Below, piece after piece: positions 1 through 10,293 of a DNA stretch of 64,000 nucleotides. The notes below the pieces were generated by a model. That model made no database searches, was not told the origin of the DNA, and saw only the letters and a list, made by a program, of their open reading frames with translations. A program made the position numbers and the translations under genes. Positions within the stretch are counted from its first letter, which is position 1; every line of letters begins with the position of its first letter. The stretch lies in NCBI GenBank assembly GCA_036488585.1, contig DASXHH010000004.1:65254-129253 (forward strand), given 5' to 3'. The DNA is from Candidatus Saccharimonadia bacterium. Its GTDB lineage: Bacteria; Patescibacteriota; Saccharimonadia; UBA4664.

Positions 1-745
1 ACAATTTTTCGGCGTTGTGGGTGGTAGCACGTCCGAGGTCTTCGAGCGATTCGCCGCGCAGCTCAGCCAGAAAGCGGGCGGTATGCTCAATGTAGGCGGG
101 CTCATTGCGCTTGCCGCGCATAGGTACGGGTGCCAGGAACGGGCAATCGGTTTCGAGAATGAGGCGGCCTTGGGGCACGCGGCGGGCGGCCTCGAGTTGG
201 TGCTCGTCTTTGGTGAAGGTCATGATGCCATTGAGGGCTATGTGGAGGCCGCGTACAAGCGAGCCTTCGAGCTCGCGGGTGCCGGCGGTGAAGCTGTGAA
301 CCACACCGCGAACGCCTTGGTAGTCGTCGAGGATGCGCCAGAAATCCTCGAAGGCCTCGCGGACGTGAAAGATCATTGGTAGGCCACACTCCAGGCCGAG
401 CTCTATCTGGAACCGCAGGGCGCGCTCTTGGTCTTCGAGGCTTGTCTCAGATTTGTACTGGTCGAGGCCGCACTCCCCGATCGCCACCACCGATTCGTGC
501 TCGGCCAGTGCCTGAACTTCCTCGAGGGCTTCGTAGCCGCGGTCGGCGTCGTGCGGGTGCAGACCAACGCTGGCCCAGAGGTTTTCGTAGGCGCGGGCGA
601 CGGCCACGGCTTGGGCGGAGTCGGCATCGTTTACGCCCACTACCAGCATCTTGTTGACGCCGGCCGCGTGAGCGCGATCGAGCACATCTTCTATCTCGTC
701 GCGGAATTCATCGAAATGGATGTGGGAATGGGTATCAACTAGCAT
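1..745 (-). CDS. tatD: TatD family DNase (3' end runs off the window)
   Basis: Manual translation from ATG 745: MLVDTHSHIHF...VGLHPHDA...AIGECGLD...HSFT...LETDCPFLAP...RGKRNEPA. Confidence 0.95.
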   Translation of the reverse strand, partial: MLVDTHSHIHFDEFRDEIEDVLDRAHAAGVNKMLVVGVNDADSAQAVAVARAYENLWASVGLHPHDADRGYEALEEVQALAEHESVVAIGECGLDQYKSETSLEDQERALRFQIELGLECGLPMIFHVREAFEDFWRILDDYQGVRGVVHSFTAGTRELEGSLVRGLHIALNGIMTFTKDEHQLEAARRVPQGRLILETDCPFLAPVPMRGKRNEPAYIEHTARFLAELRGESLEDLGRATTHNAEKL

Positions 746-1253
746 GGGCTGAATCCTTTAGGGTTTTTACCATAATTAACTCATCACCTTTGGTGCCGGC
801 CAAGTACTGGGTGGTGCCGTGCATCTTGAAGCCGAACGATTCGTAGAGGTGAATGGCCCGAGGGTTGTGCTCCCAGACCTGCAGCCAAACCTGACTGGCG
901 GCCGCAACACGAGGGTGGTCAAGGGCGGCCCGGAGCAGACGGCGGCCAATGCCCTGGCCTTGATGATCGGTTGCAATGTAGAGACGGTGGATTACCTGAT
1001 CGCCGGGCTCAGTATTAACGTCGGGCCACTCTGGATCCCCGAATTGAATGTAGCCAAACAGGCGGTCACTCTCGGTGTCGACCAATATAGTGTCGTGCTT
1101 AAGAGCGCGATGAAAATAGGCCTCCGAGCGGTTTTCCCTGAGTTCGGTCGTCAGGCGCTCGGGAGAATAGGTGTCACCAAATGTGTCCGCAAACGAGCTC
1201 GCAGCCAACTCTGCCAGCAAAGGCATGTCCGGCTGCTCGACCGGGCGGATCAT
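735..1253 (-). CDS. GNAT N-acetyltransferase
   Basis: HQGQGIGRRL acetyl-CoA motif and VWEHNPRAIHLYESFGF; start reset to ATG 1253, overlapping the metG stop. Confidence 0.9.
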   Translation of the reverse strand: MIRPVEQPDMPLLAELAASSFADTFGDTYSPERLTTELRENRSEAYFHRALKHDTILVDTESDRLFGYIQFGDPEWPDVNTEPGDQVIHRLYIATDHQGQGIGRRLLRAALDHPRVAAASQVWLQVWEHNPRAIHLYESFGFKMHGTTQYLAGTKGDELIMVKTLKDSAHAS

Positions 1254-2722
1254 TTGGCCTCGGGCTTGACCTTGCCGCCGGTGGCGTGGGGCTGGTCTTG
1301 CTTGGGGAAGAGCAGGCCGACTTCGGGCCGTGCCACGCCGCCGGCGAAGGTGGCGGCGATTTTTTGGGCCGTGGTGGGCATGAACGGCATGATCATGGTG
1401 GCGATCTGGATGAGATCTGCAACGGCGTGATGGAGCACCTCGGCCAGGTGGTCTTTGTCGGATTTGGCCAGCTCCCACGGTTTTTCCTCTTCGAGGTACT
1501 GGTTGAGGCCGCGAATGAGCAGCCAAATCTCGGCCAGGGCTTTGTCGAAGCGGAGGTCAGCCATAGCCTCTTCGTAGGGCGTGGTGTCGTGCGAATGCGG
1601 CGGCAGATCGCCAACGATACCTTTGAAGTACTTGCCAAACATGACCTGTACGCGCTGCACAAGGTTGCCGAGATCGTTGGCAAGGTCGGCGTTGTAGACC
1701 TGCTCCATGCGGGCCCACGAATAGTCGCCGTCGCTGTCGGCGGGGATTTCGCGCAGTAGGTAGTAGCGCAGAGCGTCCACACTGTACTTATCGATAACGT
1801 CTTTTGGAGCCACAACGTTGCCAAGCGATTTGCTCATCTTGTGGCCCTCGCTCGAAATGAAGCCGTGTGCGTAAACGGATCTGGGGGTTGCGAGACCGGC
1901 GCTCATGAGCATGGCGGGCCAGAGGGCGGCGTGGAAGCGGGTGATGTCTTTGCCGACAACATGCACATCGGCCGGCCAGAAGTCGACAAATTTCGGAGCC
2001 TTGGTGTCCGGATAGCCGAGCGCCGAGATGTAGTTGGTGAGCGCATCGAACCAGACGTACATGACGTGGTCTTGGTCGTCCGGAACCTGGACACCCCAGT
2101 CGAGCTGGCCCTTCTCGCGGGAGATGCTAATGTCTTCTAAGCCACGCTCAAGGAGTGCCATGACCTCGTTTTTGCGGGATTCAGGCCGGACAACAAGGGC
2201 GCCAGAGCTAATGAGTTCTTTGACGCGATCGGTATAGGCGCTGAGTTTAAAGAAGTAATTTTCGGCCTTCATGTGCTCGAGCGGCTTTTTGTGGATGGGG
2301 CAAACGTGGTCGGGTACGTCGAGATCGGTGTAGAAGGCCTCGCAGCCGGTGCAGTACCACCCCTCGTAGTCTTTCTTGTAGATGTCCTTTTTGCAGGCAG
2401 CCCATAGTGCCTGGGCAGCTTCTTTGTGCTTGGGATCAGTAGTACGTATGAACTGGTCAATGGAGACGTTGAGGGTCGTGGCCAGATCCTTAAATTGCTT
2501 CGAGATATCGTCGACGTAGCCTTGCGGGGTCTTGCCGGCGGCCTCGGCGGCCTGCTTGTTCTTGTTGCCGTGCTCGTCGGTGCCGGTGAGGAACCAGACT
2601 TGATCGCCCTGCGCACGGTGGTAGCGCGCCAGCACATCGGCCTGAATTAGCTCCATGGCATATCCGATGTGAGGAGCGGCGTTGGTGTAGGCGATGGAGG
2701 TGGTGATATAGAATTTTGGCAT
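1250..2722 (-). CDS. metG: Methionine--tRNA ligase
   Basis: YTNAAPHIGY (HIGH-type), GTDEHG, YVWFDAL, KMSKSLGN. Confidence 0.98.
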   Translation of the reverse strand: MPKFYITTSIAYTNAAPHIGYAMELIQADVLARYHRAQGDQVWFLTGTDEHGNKNKQAAEAAGKTPQGYVDDISKQFKDLATTLNVSIDQFIRTTDPKHKEAAQALWAACKKDIYKKDYEGWYCTGCEAFYTDLDVPDHVCPIHKKPLEHMKAENYFFKLSAYTDRVKELISSGALVVRPESRKNEVMALLERGLEDISISREKGQLDWGVQVPDDQDHVMYVWFDALTNYISALGYPDTKAPKFVDFWPADVHVVGKDITRFHAALWPAMLMSAGLATPRSVYAHGFISSEGHKMSKSLGNVVAPKDVIDKYSVDALRYYLLREIPADSDGDYSWARMEQVYNADLANDLGNLVQRVQVMFGKYFKGIVGDLPPHSHDTTPYEEAMADLRFDKALAEIWLLIRGLNQYLEEEKPWELAKSDKDHLAEVLHHAVADLIQIATMIMPFMPTTAQKIAATFAGGVARPEVGLLFPKQDQPHATGGKVKPEAK

Positions 2723-2805
2723 ACCGAGTCCGGTTTATTACGCGGCCTATCTTACATTAATTTGACCTTTAAGGGAATTTTTGTAGGGGCGGATCAAGTA
2801 ATATT

Positions 2806-3633
2806 TCAGAGCAAATTTTCGCCCAGGGCGACGCGGTACAGGCGCTCCCAATCGTGGAGGCCGAGTTCTTGGGCGCGAGTGGTGGGGCTGAGCTTGGCCG
2901 CGGCCACGAGTTTGGCGGCATAGTCGGGGCTGAGGTTGAGGCCGCCGGCGAGAGCGTTCTTGAGTTGCTTGCGCTTTTCGCCGAAGCCGGCTTTGATGAG
3001 CCGGAACAACTTGTGGGCGTCCGCCGGGAAGGCGGGACCGGAGATTACCACTCGGAGAACGGCCGAATCAACCTCGGGCGCCGGCCAGAATTTGTGGCGC
3101 TCTACCAGGCGCACTAACTCGGGATGGCCGTAATATTGCACCGATAGCGCCAGTATAGAGAGCTCGCCGGGGGCGGCGGTAATGCGTTCGGCCACCTCTT
3201 TTTGGATCAGCATCGACATCACAGACGGCGGGTTGGGGCTTTCGATGAGAAGACGAAAGATTTTGGAGGTGAGGTAGTACGGTATGTTAGCGATCACTTT
3301 GTAGCCGGCTGGAAGCTGCTCCAGATCGAAGCGGAGGATGTCTTGCTCCACCACCTCAAGGTTGGCTGGGGCGTCACGGCGAAGGAGATCGGCCAGCACG
3401 TGGTCGGTTTCAACGGTCACTACGCGGCCTGCCAACTTGGTGAGCGGCCGGGTCATGACGCCAAGGCCAGGGCCGATCTCTAGCACCGTGTCGTTGGTGG
3501 TGACGGCGGCTGCATCCATGATGGCCTCGAGGCTGGGCTTGTCGACCAGGAAGTGCTGGCCCAAATTTTTATTCGGCTTAATACCCGCTAGCTTGAGGGC
3601 GGTGCGAACATCTTCGGCTCGGGATAAATCCAT
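2806..3633 (-). CDS. rsmA: 16S rRNA m6,2A dimethyltransferase
   Basis: KNLGQHFL, VLEIGPGLG, ANIPYYLTS, QKEVAERI; start trimmed to MDLSR. Confidence 0.97.
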   Translation of the reverse strand: MDLSRAEDVRTALKLAGIKPNKNLGQHFLVDKPSLEAIMDAAAVTTNDTVLEIGPGLGVMTRPLTKLAGRVVTVETDHVLADLLRRDAPANLEVVEQDILRFDLEQLPAGYKVIANIPYYLTSKIFRLLIESPNPPSVMSMLIQKEVAERITAAPGELSILALSVQYYGHPELVRLVERHKFWPAPEVDSAVLRVVISGPAFPADAHKLFRLIKAGFGEKRKQLKNALAGGLNLSPDYAAKLVAAAKLSPTTRAQELGLHDWERLYRVALGENLL

Positions 3634-3664
3634 ATGCATTATCTTAACAGGTGGGCTGGAACGT

Positions 3665-4219
3665 ATGAATAAGTCGATATTTTTGGCTGTGGTACCGGTG
3701 ATTTTCGTGATGGTGGTCGTTATATTCACGATGATTAATCATCGGCCGGGGAACATGAACCAACCAGGGAGCAAGGGTATGACAATTACGAGCACCGCAT
3801 TTCAAAGCGATACCGCAATACCGCAGCGGTACGAATGTGAGGGTGATGGCGTAAATCCGCCGCTGGCCTTTGATGGGGTGCCGAGCGAGGCGCAGGCGTT
3901 GGCGTTAGTGGTGGACGATCCGGATGCACCCAGCGGCACGTTCGACCACTGGGTACTGTGGAATCTGCCTGCTACGCTTAGGGAAATTCCCGAAAATTGG
4001 GAGCCGGAGCCGGGCGTGAGCGTGGGGGCGAACGGTGCTGATAAGAATTCCTGGTATCCGCCGTGTCCGCCGAGCGGGACTCATCATTACCATTTCAAAT
4101 TGTATGCTCTGGATGAAAAGTTAGACCTGGCGGAGGGGTCGAGCAAAGGCGAGCTCGAAAAGGCGATGCAGCGGCATATAGTGGCTCAGTCGGAGCTGGT
4201 GGGGACTTACTCCAAATAA
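3665..4219 (+). CDS. YbhB/YbcL (PEBP/RKIP-like) protein with N-terminal membrane anchor
   Basis: DDPDAP, FDHWVLWNLP, PPCPPSGTHHYHFKLYALD. Confidence 0.93.
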   Translation: MNKSIFLAVVPVIFVMVVVIFTMINHRPGNMNQPGSKGMTITSTAFQSDTAIPQRYECEGDGVNPPLAFDGVPSEAQALALVVDDPDAPSGTFDHWVLWNLPATLREIPENWEPEPGVSVGANGADKNSWYPPCPPSGTHHYHFKLYALDEKLDLAEGSSKGELEKAMQRHIVAQSELVGTYSK

Positions 4220-4222
4220 TAA

Positions 4223-5398
4223 CTATTCGCTGGCGCAGGCACCGGTGGAGACAGGACCGTTGGTGGCGGCGGCGTTTAGGTCGGGTAGGATTTCGTTCGA
4301 TGTGAGGGCGTAACCGATGTTGCCGTCGGTGGTGGACATGGCAAAAACCACCCCTACCACGGTGCCATCTGGAGTAATGAGCGGGCCACCGGAGTTGCCG
4401 GGTCGGACCACAGCCTGGAGTGTGTAGATCTGGCGTCGGGTGAGGCCAGAGTCGTAGATGTCGCGGCCGAGGGCGGTCTGCTCGGACAGAATGGCAGCGG
4501 GCGACACGGTGAAGCTGCCGCCGCCCGGATAGCCGAGCACGGCGCCGACCACGCCGCGGGATTGCAGCGAGCCGGCGAGTGGCAGGGGCGCCGCAGCCAG
4601 ATTGGTAGTGCGGAGGACAGCAAAGTCGAGGCTAGGATCGAAGAAGACTACGGTGGCGCGGTGTGAGCCGTTGGCGTCGACGACTACGGGCTGATCGATA
4701 CCGGCGACTACATGCGCGTTAGTGGCGACGAGGCCAGGCCCAGCTACGAAGCCGGAGCCTTCGAGTAGACCGCCGCAGCCCAGACCCTCGATGCGGACGG
4801 TGGCGGCCCGGCCGGCGTTGGCTGCTGCGGTAACCGCGGCAGCGTTGGGGCCGGTAACCGGTGGGGCCGGCGAGGGTTCGAGGCCAGTGAAGACACGCGG
4901 AAAATTATTAACTCCCAGGGCGCGTTCAAAGCGGGCTAGCACATCGGGCGCAGGCGGAAGGTCACGATCGAGCGATTGCAGAATGCGCGAGTTTTGGATG
5001 TCGGTGGCCAAGGCGGGGCCGGCTGAACGAGCGAAGGTGGCCGCCAACATCCAGACCGTAAACAGGGCCACCCCGATGCCGAAAGCGGCACCGAGCACGG
5101 CGTCGAGCAGGGTAAGGCGGTAACGCTCGGCCAGGCCAGAGAGCGCGTAGCCCAGCGTCTCACCTAGCCCGCCGATCATAATGGCAACGCCGAAGAACAC
5201 CACAAGCACAACCATTGAGCGTGAGGTGCCGGGCGGAAAAGCGCTGCCAAGCCATGGGGCAATCACGGCTCCAGCCATTAGGCCCAGCACAAACCCACCG
5301 AGCGAGCCGGCTTGGCGCAGGAATCCGGAGGCAATACCGCGGGCAGCCACGGCGAGCACCAAAACAACAATGACGAAATCCAGGAAATTCACAGCCAC
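4223..5398 (-). CDS. MarP-like membrane serine protease (CvpA TM domain + trypsin domain)
   Basis: Four TM helices, then TNAHVV, DFAVL, GNSGGP. Confidence 0.93.
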   Translation of the reverse strand: MAVNFLDFVIVVLVLAVAARGIASGFLRQAGSLGGFVLGLMAGAVIAPWLGSAFPPGTSRSMVVLVVFFGVAIMIGGLGETLGYALSGLAERYRLTLLDAVLGAAFGIGVALFTVWMLAATFARSAGPALATDIQNSRILQSLDRDLPPAPDVLARFERALGVNNFPRVFTGLEPSPAPPVTGPNAAAVTAAANAGRAATVRIEGLGCGGLLEGSGFVAGPGLVATNAHVVAGIDQPVVVDANGSHRATVVFFDPSLDFAVLRTTNLAAAPLPLAGSLQSRGVVGAVLGYPGGGSFTVSPAAILSEQTALGRDIYDSGLTRRQIYTLQAVVRPGNSGGPLITPDGTVVGVVFAMSTTDGNIGYALTSNEILPDLNAAATNGPVSTGACASE

Positions 5399-5459
5399 AG
5401 TATACTACCACGAGCTGAGAAAAGGCCTTAGACGCTGAGTATTGGCTGTGCGGCCGCTG

Positions 5460-6647
5460 CTATTTGCACTGCCAGGGCGTGGTTCCCTGAGGGCCGGCCA
5501 TAATTTTGGCTGCGATCTGGATTTGGACGTTGCCGTCCAAAATGTTGTCCGCGGTGCCGCCATTGGCGGTCCAAGTGGAGGGCAAGAATTGGAAGAGGCC
5601 AGTGGGGTGTTGGCCGTTCACGATGAATGCGCTGACCTCCGTGGCGTTGCCGTGCGATTCGCAATTCATGATCCGTAGCATCATGTTGGGATCGAGGCCC
5701 CACTGAGTGGCCGCGGCCTCCACCTTGGGGCGCCAGTATTCGACTGAGCCGGCGAAGATTACCTTGGTGCCTACCGCCACAACTTGCGGCACAGGTGCGG
5801 TCTGGCTCACTACCTGCAACACTTCGCGACTGGTTTCGACGCCGTTTTGGTAGTGAATGCGGTAGGTGGTGGTCTTTTGCCCGTCGGAACCTTCTTGCTG
5901 CACAGCCGTTTGGCCCTTGAGCATGGTGGGGTCAGTAACGGTATGAACCGGGCGGGGCAACGTTTGCGTGAGCGTAACTACCGCTTCAGTGACGCGAGTG
6001 ATATTGACAGTCATACCAGAAATCACCGGAGTACTCAGGCTGGTGGAAATCGTATCTTTGAGACCAAGCGAGATGCCGGCAGCCTTGAGTGCGTCACCGA
6101 CTGTGCTGGCCTGAGTGCGGAGGTGACGAACACCGCCGTCAACCTGGACGTCGAGCGGTGTAGCCCGTTGCACGGTCACTTTTTCGCCGATGGAATCGTT
6201 TTGCACGATGTTGGTGATGATTTCGGTGTGGTAATTGTCTTCGGGATAGAGAGTGAGGCCAGCCGCCAAGGCGAGCAGACGCGGACTCTGGTACGCGCTG
6301 TGTATATGGTAGGAATGCACACCATCAACTACAACCACGGGGCGGGCCCGGTAGACGTTTATGTTGAACTGGCCGCCGGACATAGCGGTGCCAGCCGCCG
6401 GCTCTACTAGGTCACTCTGCCCGAGCGTAACGTGCGATCGACTGAGCACATCGCCGACAGTGGTGGCAGTGGTGGGGAACAATTTCTTTTGCCCATCCAC
6501 ATACAGCGAGACCATGCGCTGAGAATCAGCGCTGGCAGTTGGCGATAAGGGTAGGCGGCCCGTGGACAGGCCGAAAATAACGATGGTGATGAGGATTCCG
6601 AGTGCCAGAATATTGCGGGAAACGGAACCCGTGTCGTCGCGTAAAAT
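5460..6647 (-). CDS. RpfB/YabE-like protein: DUF348 repeats + G5 + lysozyme-like transglycosylase
   Basis: TTATTVGDVL and TQASTVGDAL repeats, G5 (VVAVGTK), CESHG...GLFQFLPSTW. Frame stays open upstream of ATG 6515 through a TM segment; start 6647 (ATT) is tentative. Confidence 0.88.
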   Translation of the reverse strand: MLRDDTGSVSRNILALGILITIVIFGLSTGRLPLSPTASADSQRMVSLYVDGQKKLFPTTATTVGDVLSRSHVTLGQSDLVEPAAGTAMSGGQFNINVYRARPVVVVDGVHSYHIHSAYQSPRLLALAAGLTLYPEDNYHTEIITNIVQNDSIGEKVTVQRATPLDVQVDGGVRHLRTQASTVGDALKAAGISLGLKDTISTSLSTPVISGMTVNITRVTEAVVTLTQTLPRPVHTVTDPTMLKGQTAVQQEGSDGQKTTTYRIHYQNGVETSREVLQVVSQTAPVPQVVAVGTKVIFAGSVEYWRPKVEAAATQWGLDPNMMLRIMNCESHGNATEVSAFIVNGQHPTGLFQFLPSTWTANGGTADNILDGNVQIQIAAKIMAGPQGTTPWQCK

Positions 6648-6793
6648 AGTAGTCTCTCTCGTTAATACGAAGGGACTTTTTATTTTGTCGCTTTTGCTTT
6701 TTAAAACCCATCAAAGGGCTTGTGGTTATGGTACCGCGATATCTGGTGGTGGTCAATTCCGTGGCTGTGGAAATGACCGGTTTTGGAGCCCGG

Positions 6794-7513
6794 TCAGCTG
6801 ACCTTGGTGCCGATCGGCTCGCCCTCGATGACGCGGCGGATGTTGCCGTTGGTGAGGAGGTCGAAGATGACAATGGGAAGATGGTTGTCCATGGCGAGGG
6901 AGATGGCGGCATTGTCCATGACAGTCATGTGGGGATCGGTGAGAACCCGGTCGAAGCTGAGTGAGTCATGCTTTTTGGCGTCGGTGTACTTGCGGGGATC
7001 CTTGTCGAACACCCCTTCGACCTTGGTGGCTTTGAGCACAAGGGCGCACTCAAGCTCGAGCGCGGTGGTGACGGCGGCTGTGTCGGTGGTGACGTAGGGA
7101 TTGCCGGTACCGCCGGCCACTACTACTACCCTCCCCTTCTCCATGTGCCGGATACCACGGCGGCGGATGTAGGGCTCGGCCACAGAGTCGACACTGAGGC
7201 GAGTCTGCAGGCGGGCTGGCACGCCGTTTTGCTCGAGGATGTCGACCAGTGCAATGCCGTTGATGATGGTCGCGAGCATGCCCATGTAATCGCCGGAGGC
7301 ACGCTCGATGCCATTACCGGCCACGCTGGCGCCACGCATGATGTTGCCGCCGCCTACAACTACTGCCAGCTCGACGCCGGTGGCGTGGATGGTTTCGGCC
7401 AGTTCCTTGGCCAAGCGATCGATAAATTTGGGGTCAACTCCGTATTCACGATCGCCAGCAAATTGTTCGCCGGACAGTTTAAGAAGGACGCGGGGGTGTT
7501 TGCCTGGTTTCAT
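6794..7513 (-). CDS. pyrH: UMP kinase
   Basis: LLKLSGE, VVGGGNIMRG, GDYMGMLAT, GTGNPYVTTD. Confidence 0.98.
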   Translation of the reverse strand: MKPGKHPRVLLKLSGEQFAGDREYGVDPKFIDRLAKELAETIHATGVELAVVVGGGNIMRGASVAGNGIERASGDYMGMLATIINGIALVDILEQNGVPARLQTRLSVDSVAEPYIRRRGIRHMEKGRVVVVAGGTGNPYVTTDTAAVTTALELECALVLKATKVEGVFDKDPRKYTDAKKHDSLSFDRVLTDPHMTVMDNAAISLAMDNHLPIVIFDLLTNGNIRRVIEGEPIGTKVS

Positions 7514-7540
7514 ATGGCTTCAGCATAACAGAAGAAATAC

Positions 7541-7585
7541 TAAACCGCCGGCAGGCCCCCCAATGTGGGTAGGTCCGCCGGCGGT
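7541..7585 (-). terminator. Bulged GC-rich hairpin, likely intrinsic terminator
   Basis: ACCGCCGGC...GCCGGCGGT stem followed by T-rich sequence on the minus strand, just after the 7596 stop. Confidence 0.55.
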
Positions 7586-7595
7586 CGAGTGGCGA

Positions 7596-7967
7596 TCACC
7601 ACCACGCCGGGATGCAATCGAAGGAAAAGGTAATGCCGGCACAATCCGTCGGTGACGCCAGCCTGATGACGAGGCCGTTGCGGAAATCACCGTCGGTGAC
7701 CGCGCTGTACAAGCTGACGCCATTCCGATCGAGTTCCATGGCTACGCTAAACCCGCGATGGCCGCCTTGGAAGTCGTGAAGTGGTCCGTGAACCACTCCT
7801 AGTCTCCAGGTGGCGCCCAGGTCGAGGGTGAACTTGATGGCGCGGCCAGTGTCCGGGTTTGCTGGCCCGGCATACCGCATGAGTACCTCGAGACTGGTGA
7901 TGTCGCTCGGTTGAAGGATGGGTGGTTCGGATGCGGCCCTAGTACGTTCGATGTCTTCGTCGGGCAT
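7596..7967 (-). CDS. Hypothetical protein
   Basis: GGAG RBS before ATG 7967; followed by a terminator hairpin. Confidence 0.6.
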   Translation of the reverse strand: MPDEDIERTRAASEPPILQPSDITSLEVLMRYAGPANPDTGRAIKFTLDLGATWRLGVVHGPLHDFQGGHRGFSVAMELDRNGVSLYSAVTDGDFRNGLVIRLASPTDCAGITFSFDCIPAWW

Positions 7968-8013
7968 GGAGTAGCTCCCTCCGGTTGTCAAGGCGTGATA
8001 GTTTACATCACAA

Positions 8014-10227
8014 TTATGAATCTTGGTCAATTTTCTCAATGGGAGCGAAGGAGAGGCTGAGGCGCTTGGTGCCGAGACCCTGAAAGGTGGCCGAAACCTC
8101 GTCGCCGTTCACTTGGGCCACGATGCCCTCGCCAAATTTGGTGTGTTTGATGCGATCGCCGGGCTGCAGATCAAGGCCGAGCATACGCTCACGATGGATG
8201 GCGGCGCCGGTTTCGGTGGTAGGCAGGCCGGCAAGGGTGGGTGCGGACCAACTGGCGGCGCCAGCGCCGTGGCCGCCGGCTGCGCGGTTGTGCACGCCCC
8301 ATTCGCTGCCTTCGGCTTGGAGTTCGGCTGGGATTTCGAGAATGAAACGGCTGGGCGGGTTGTGGTTGGTGGAGCCGTAGAGCAGGCGCGAGTTGGCGTA
8401 GAGCAAGAAGAGACGCTCACGGGCGCGGGTCATGCCGACGTAGCAGAGGCGGCGCTCCTCTTCCATTTGTTCGCCGTCGAACAGGGAGCGGGAGTGCGGG
8501 AAGATCCCCTCTTCCATGCCGGGAATGAAGACTACTGGGAATTCCAGGCCCTTGGCGGCATGGAGGGTCATGAGGGTGACAGCGTCGGTGGACTCGGAGT
8601 AGTTGTCGACGTCGGAGATGAGGGCGATTTCTTCTAGGAAGGCCTCGAGGTTGAGCTCGTTGTAAGATTCGGCCACGGAGAGGAGCTCTTTAACGTTTTC
8701 GATGCGGTCAGCAGCCTGGATAGAATTATCGTCGAGGAAGGTGAGGTAGCCGGAACGCTTGAGGACCAGGTCGAGGAGCGGGCCTACGGGGAGCTTTTTG
8801 GCCTCATTACGCAAACCGTCGATGAGGAGCGCAAAGTTGCGCAGGGCGTTAACGGCGCGGGTCTGGAGGCCGGGGCAATCCTCGCAGCGGCGGAGGGCGT
8901 CCATGAGGCTGAGGCCCTGCTGCAGGCGCCAAGATTCAAGGCGAGCGAGCGTGACGTCGCCGAGGCCGCGCGCCGGCAGGTTGATGATGCGGCCAAAGCT
9001 GACCAGGTCGTCGGGCTGGTAGACGAAGCGCAGATATCCAAGTGCGTCCTTAATTTCTTTGCGCTCGTAGAAGCGGGTGCCGCCGACGATTTTGTACGGC
9101 AAGTTGTAGCGCAGGAACGATTCTTCGAGTGAGCGGGACTGGGCATTGGTGCGGTAAAGGACAGCAAAATCGTAGAGGCTGCGACCCTCGGTGCGCCGCA
9201 GCTCCTCGATTTGTCGCACGATGGTTTCGGCTTCCTGGATTTCGTTATAGACGTTAACCACTGCGATGCCGGCCCCATCCCCGGCCTCGGTCCAGAGTTT
9301 TTTGTCGGAACGGACACGGTTTTTGGTGATGACGGCATGGGCGGCGTCGAGGATGCGCTTGGTGGAACGATAATTTTGCTCAAGTTTAACGACGGTAGCT
9401 TCAGGATAATCCTTTTCGAAGTCGAGGATGTTTTGGAAGTTGGCACCGCGCCAGGAGTAAATGGACTGCCAGTCGTCGCCAACCACGCAGATGTTGTGAT
9501 GTCCGGCGCTTAGCAGTTTGGTGATTTGATATTGAGCGTGATTGGTGTCCTGATACTCGTCGACCATGATGTACTGGAATTGCTGCTGGTATTTGGCCAG
9601 GATTTCGGGGTAGTTGAGGAGCATCTTAACCGTGCGGAAAATCAGGTCGTCGAAATCGAGGGCACCAGCATCTTTCAGAATGCCCTGGTAGATCGGGTAG
9701 ACTTTGGCGGCCGCAACCTGGGCCTTGCCGGTGGCGAGCTTGGTGTACTGCGTGTGGTCGATGAGCTCGTTTTTGGCGCTGGAGATGAGGCCGTGAATGA
9801 GGCCGGGGGTGAGCTGTTTTTCGTCGATACCTACCTGGCGCATGGCTCGCTTGATGGCGGCTTGGGAGTCGGCAGAGTCGAAGATTAGAAAGTTTGAGGC
9901 CAGGCCGATTTCGGTAGCTTCGCGGCGTAGCAGGCGAAGGCAGATGGAGTGGAAGGTGCCAATGAATGGAAAGTAGCTGCGGTTATTTGTATCGATGTCA
10001 AGCAACTTAAGCACGCGACCGCGCATCTCGGCGGCAGCCTTATTGGTGAAGGTGACGGCCAAGATATTTACTGGACGCACGTGTTGCTCTGCCACCAGGT
10101 AGGCGACACGGTGCGTGAGGGCCTTGGTTTTGCCCGAACCGGCGCCAGCCAGAATCAACACGGGTCCCGAGGTTGTCTCGGCGGCCAGGCGCTGTTGATC
10201 ATTAAGATCGGAGAGAAGGGGTGTCAC
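8014..10227 (-). CDS. pcrA: ATP-dependent DNA helicase PcrA/UvrD
   Basis: AGAGSGKT, VDEYQDTN, LEQNYRST, TLHAAKGLEF, EEERRLCYVGMTRA, C-terminal Tudor-like tail. Confidence 0.97.
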   Translation of the reverse strand: MTPLLSDLNDQQRLAAETTSGPVLILAGAGSGKTKALTHRVAYLVAEQHVRPVNILAVTFTNKAAAEMRGRVLKLLDIDTNNRSYFPFIGTFHSICLRLLRREATEIGLASNFLIFDSADSQAAIKRAMRQVGIDEKQLTPGLIHGLISSAKNELIDHTQYTKLATGKAQVAAAKVYPIYQGILKDAGALDFDDLIFRTVKMLLNYPEILAKYQQQFQYIMVDEYQDTNHAQYQITKLLSAGHHNICVVGDDWQSIYSWRGANFQNILDFEKDYPEATVVKLEQNYRSTKRILDAAHAVITKNRVRSDKKLWTEAGDGAGIAVVNVYNEIQEAETIVRQIEELRRTEGRSLYDFAVLYRTNAQSRSLEESFLRYNLPYKIVGGTRFYERKEIKDALGYLRFVYQPDDLVSFGRIINLPARGLGDVTLARLESWRLQQGLSLMDALRRCEDCPGLQTRAVNALRNFALLIDGLRNEAKKLPVGPLLDLVLKRSGYLTFLDDNSIQAADRIENVKELLSVAESYNELNLEAFLEEIALISDVDNYSESTDAVTLMTLHAAKGLEFPVVFIPGMEEGIFPHSRSLFDGEQMEEERRLCYVGMTRARERLFLLYANSRLLYGSTNHNPPSRFILEIPAELQAEGSEWGVHNRAAGGHGAGAASWSAPTLAGLPTTETGAAIHRERMLGLDLQPGDRIKHTKFGEGIVAQVNGDEVSATFQGLGTKRLSLSFAPIEKIDQDS

Positions 10228-10293
10228 TATCTGATTTTAGCGCACCGAACGGAGCCGAACTAGGTTGACATTAGTGGCAGTATATTGCTTGTG

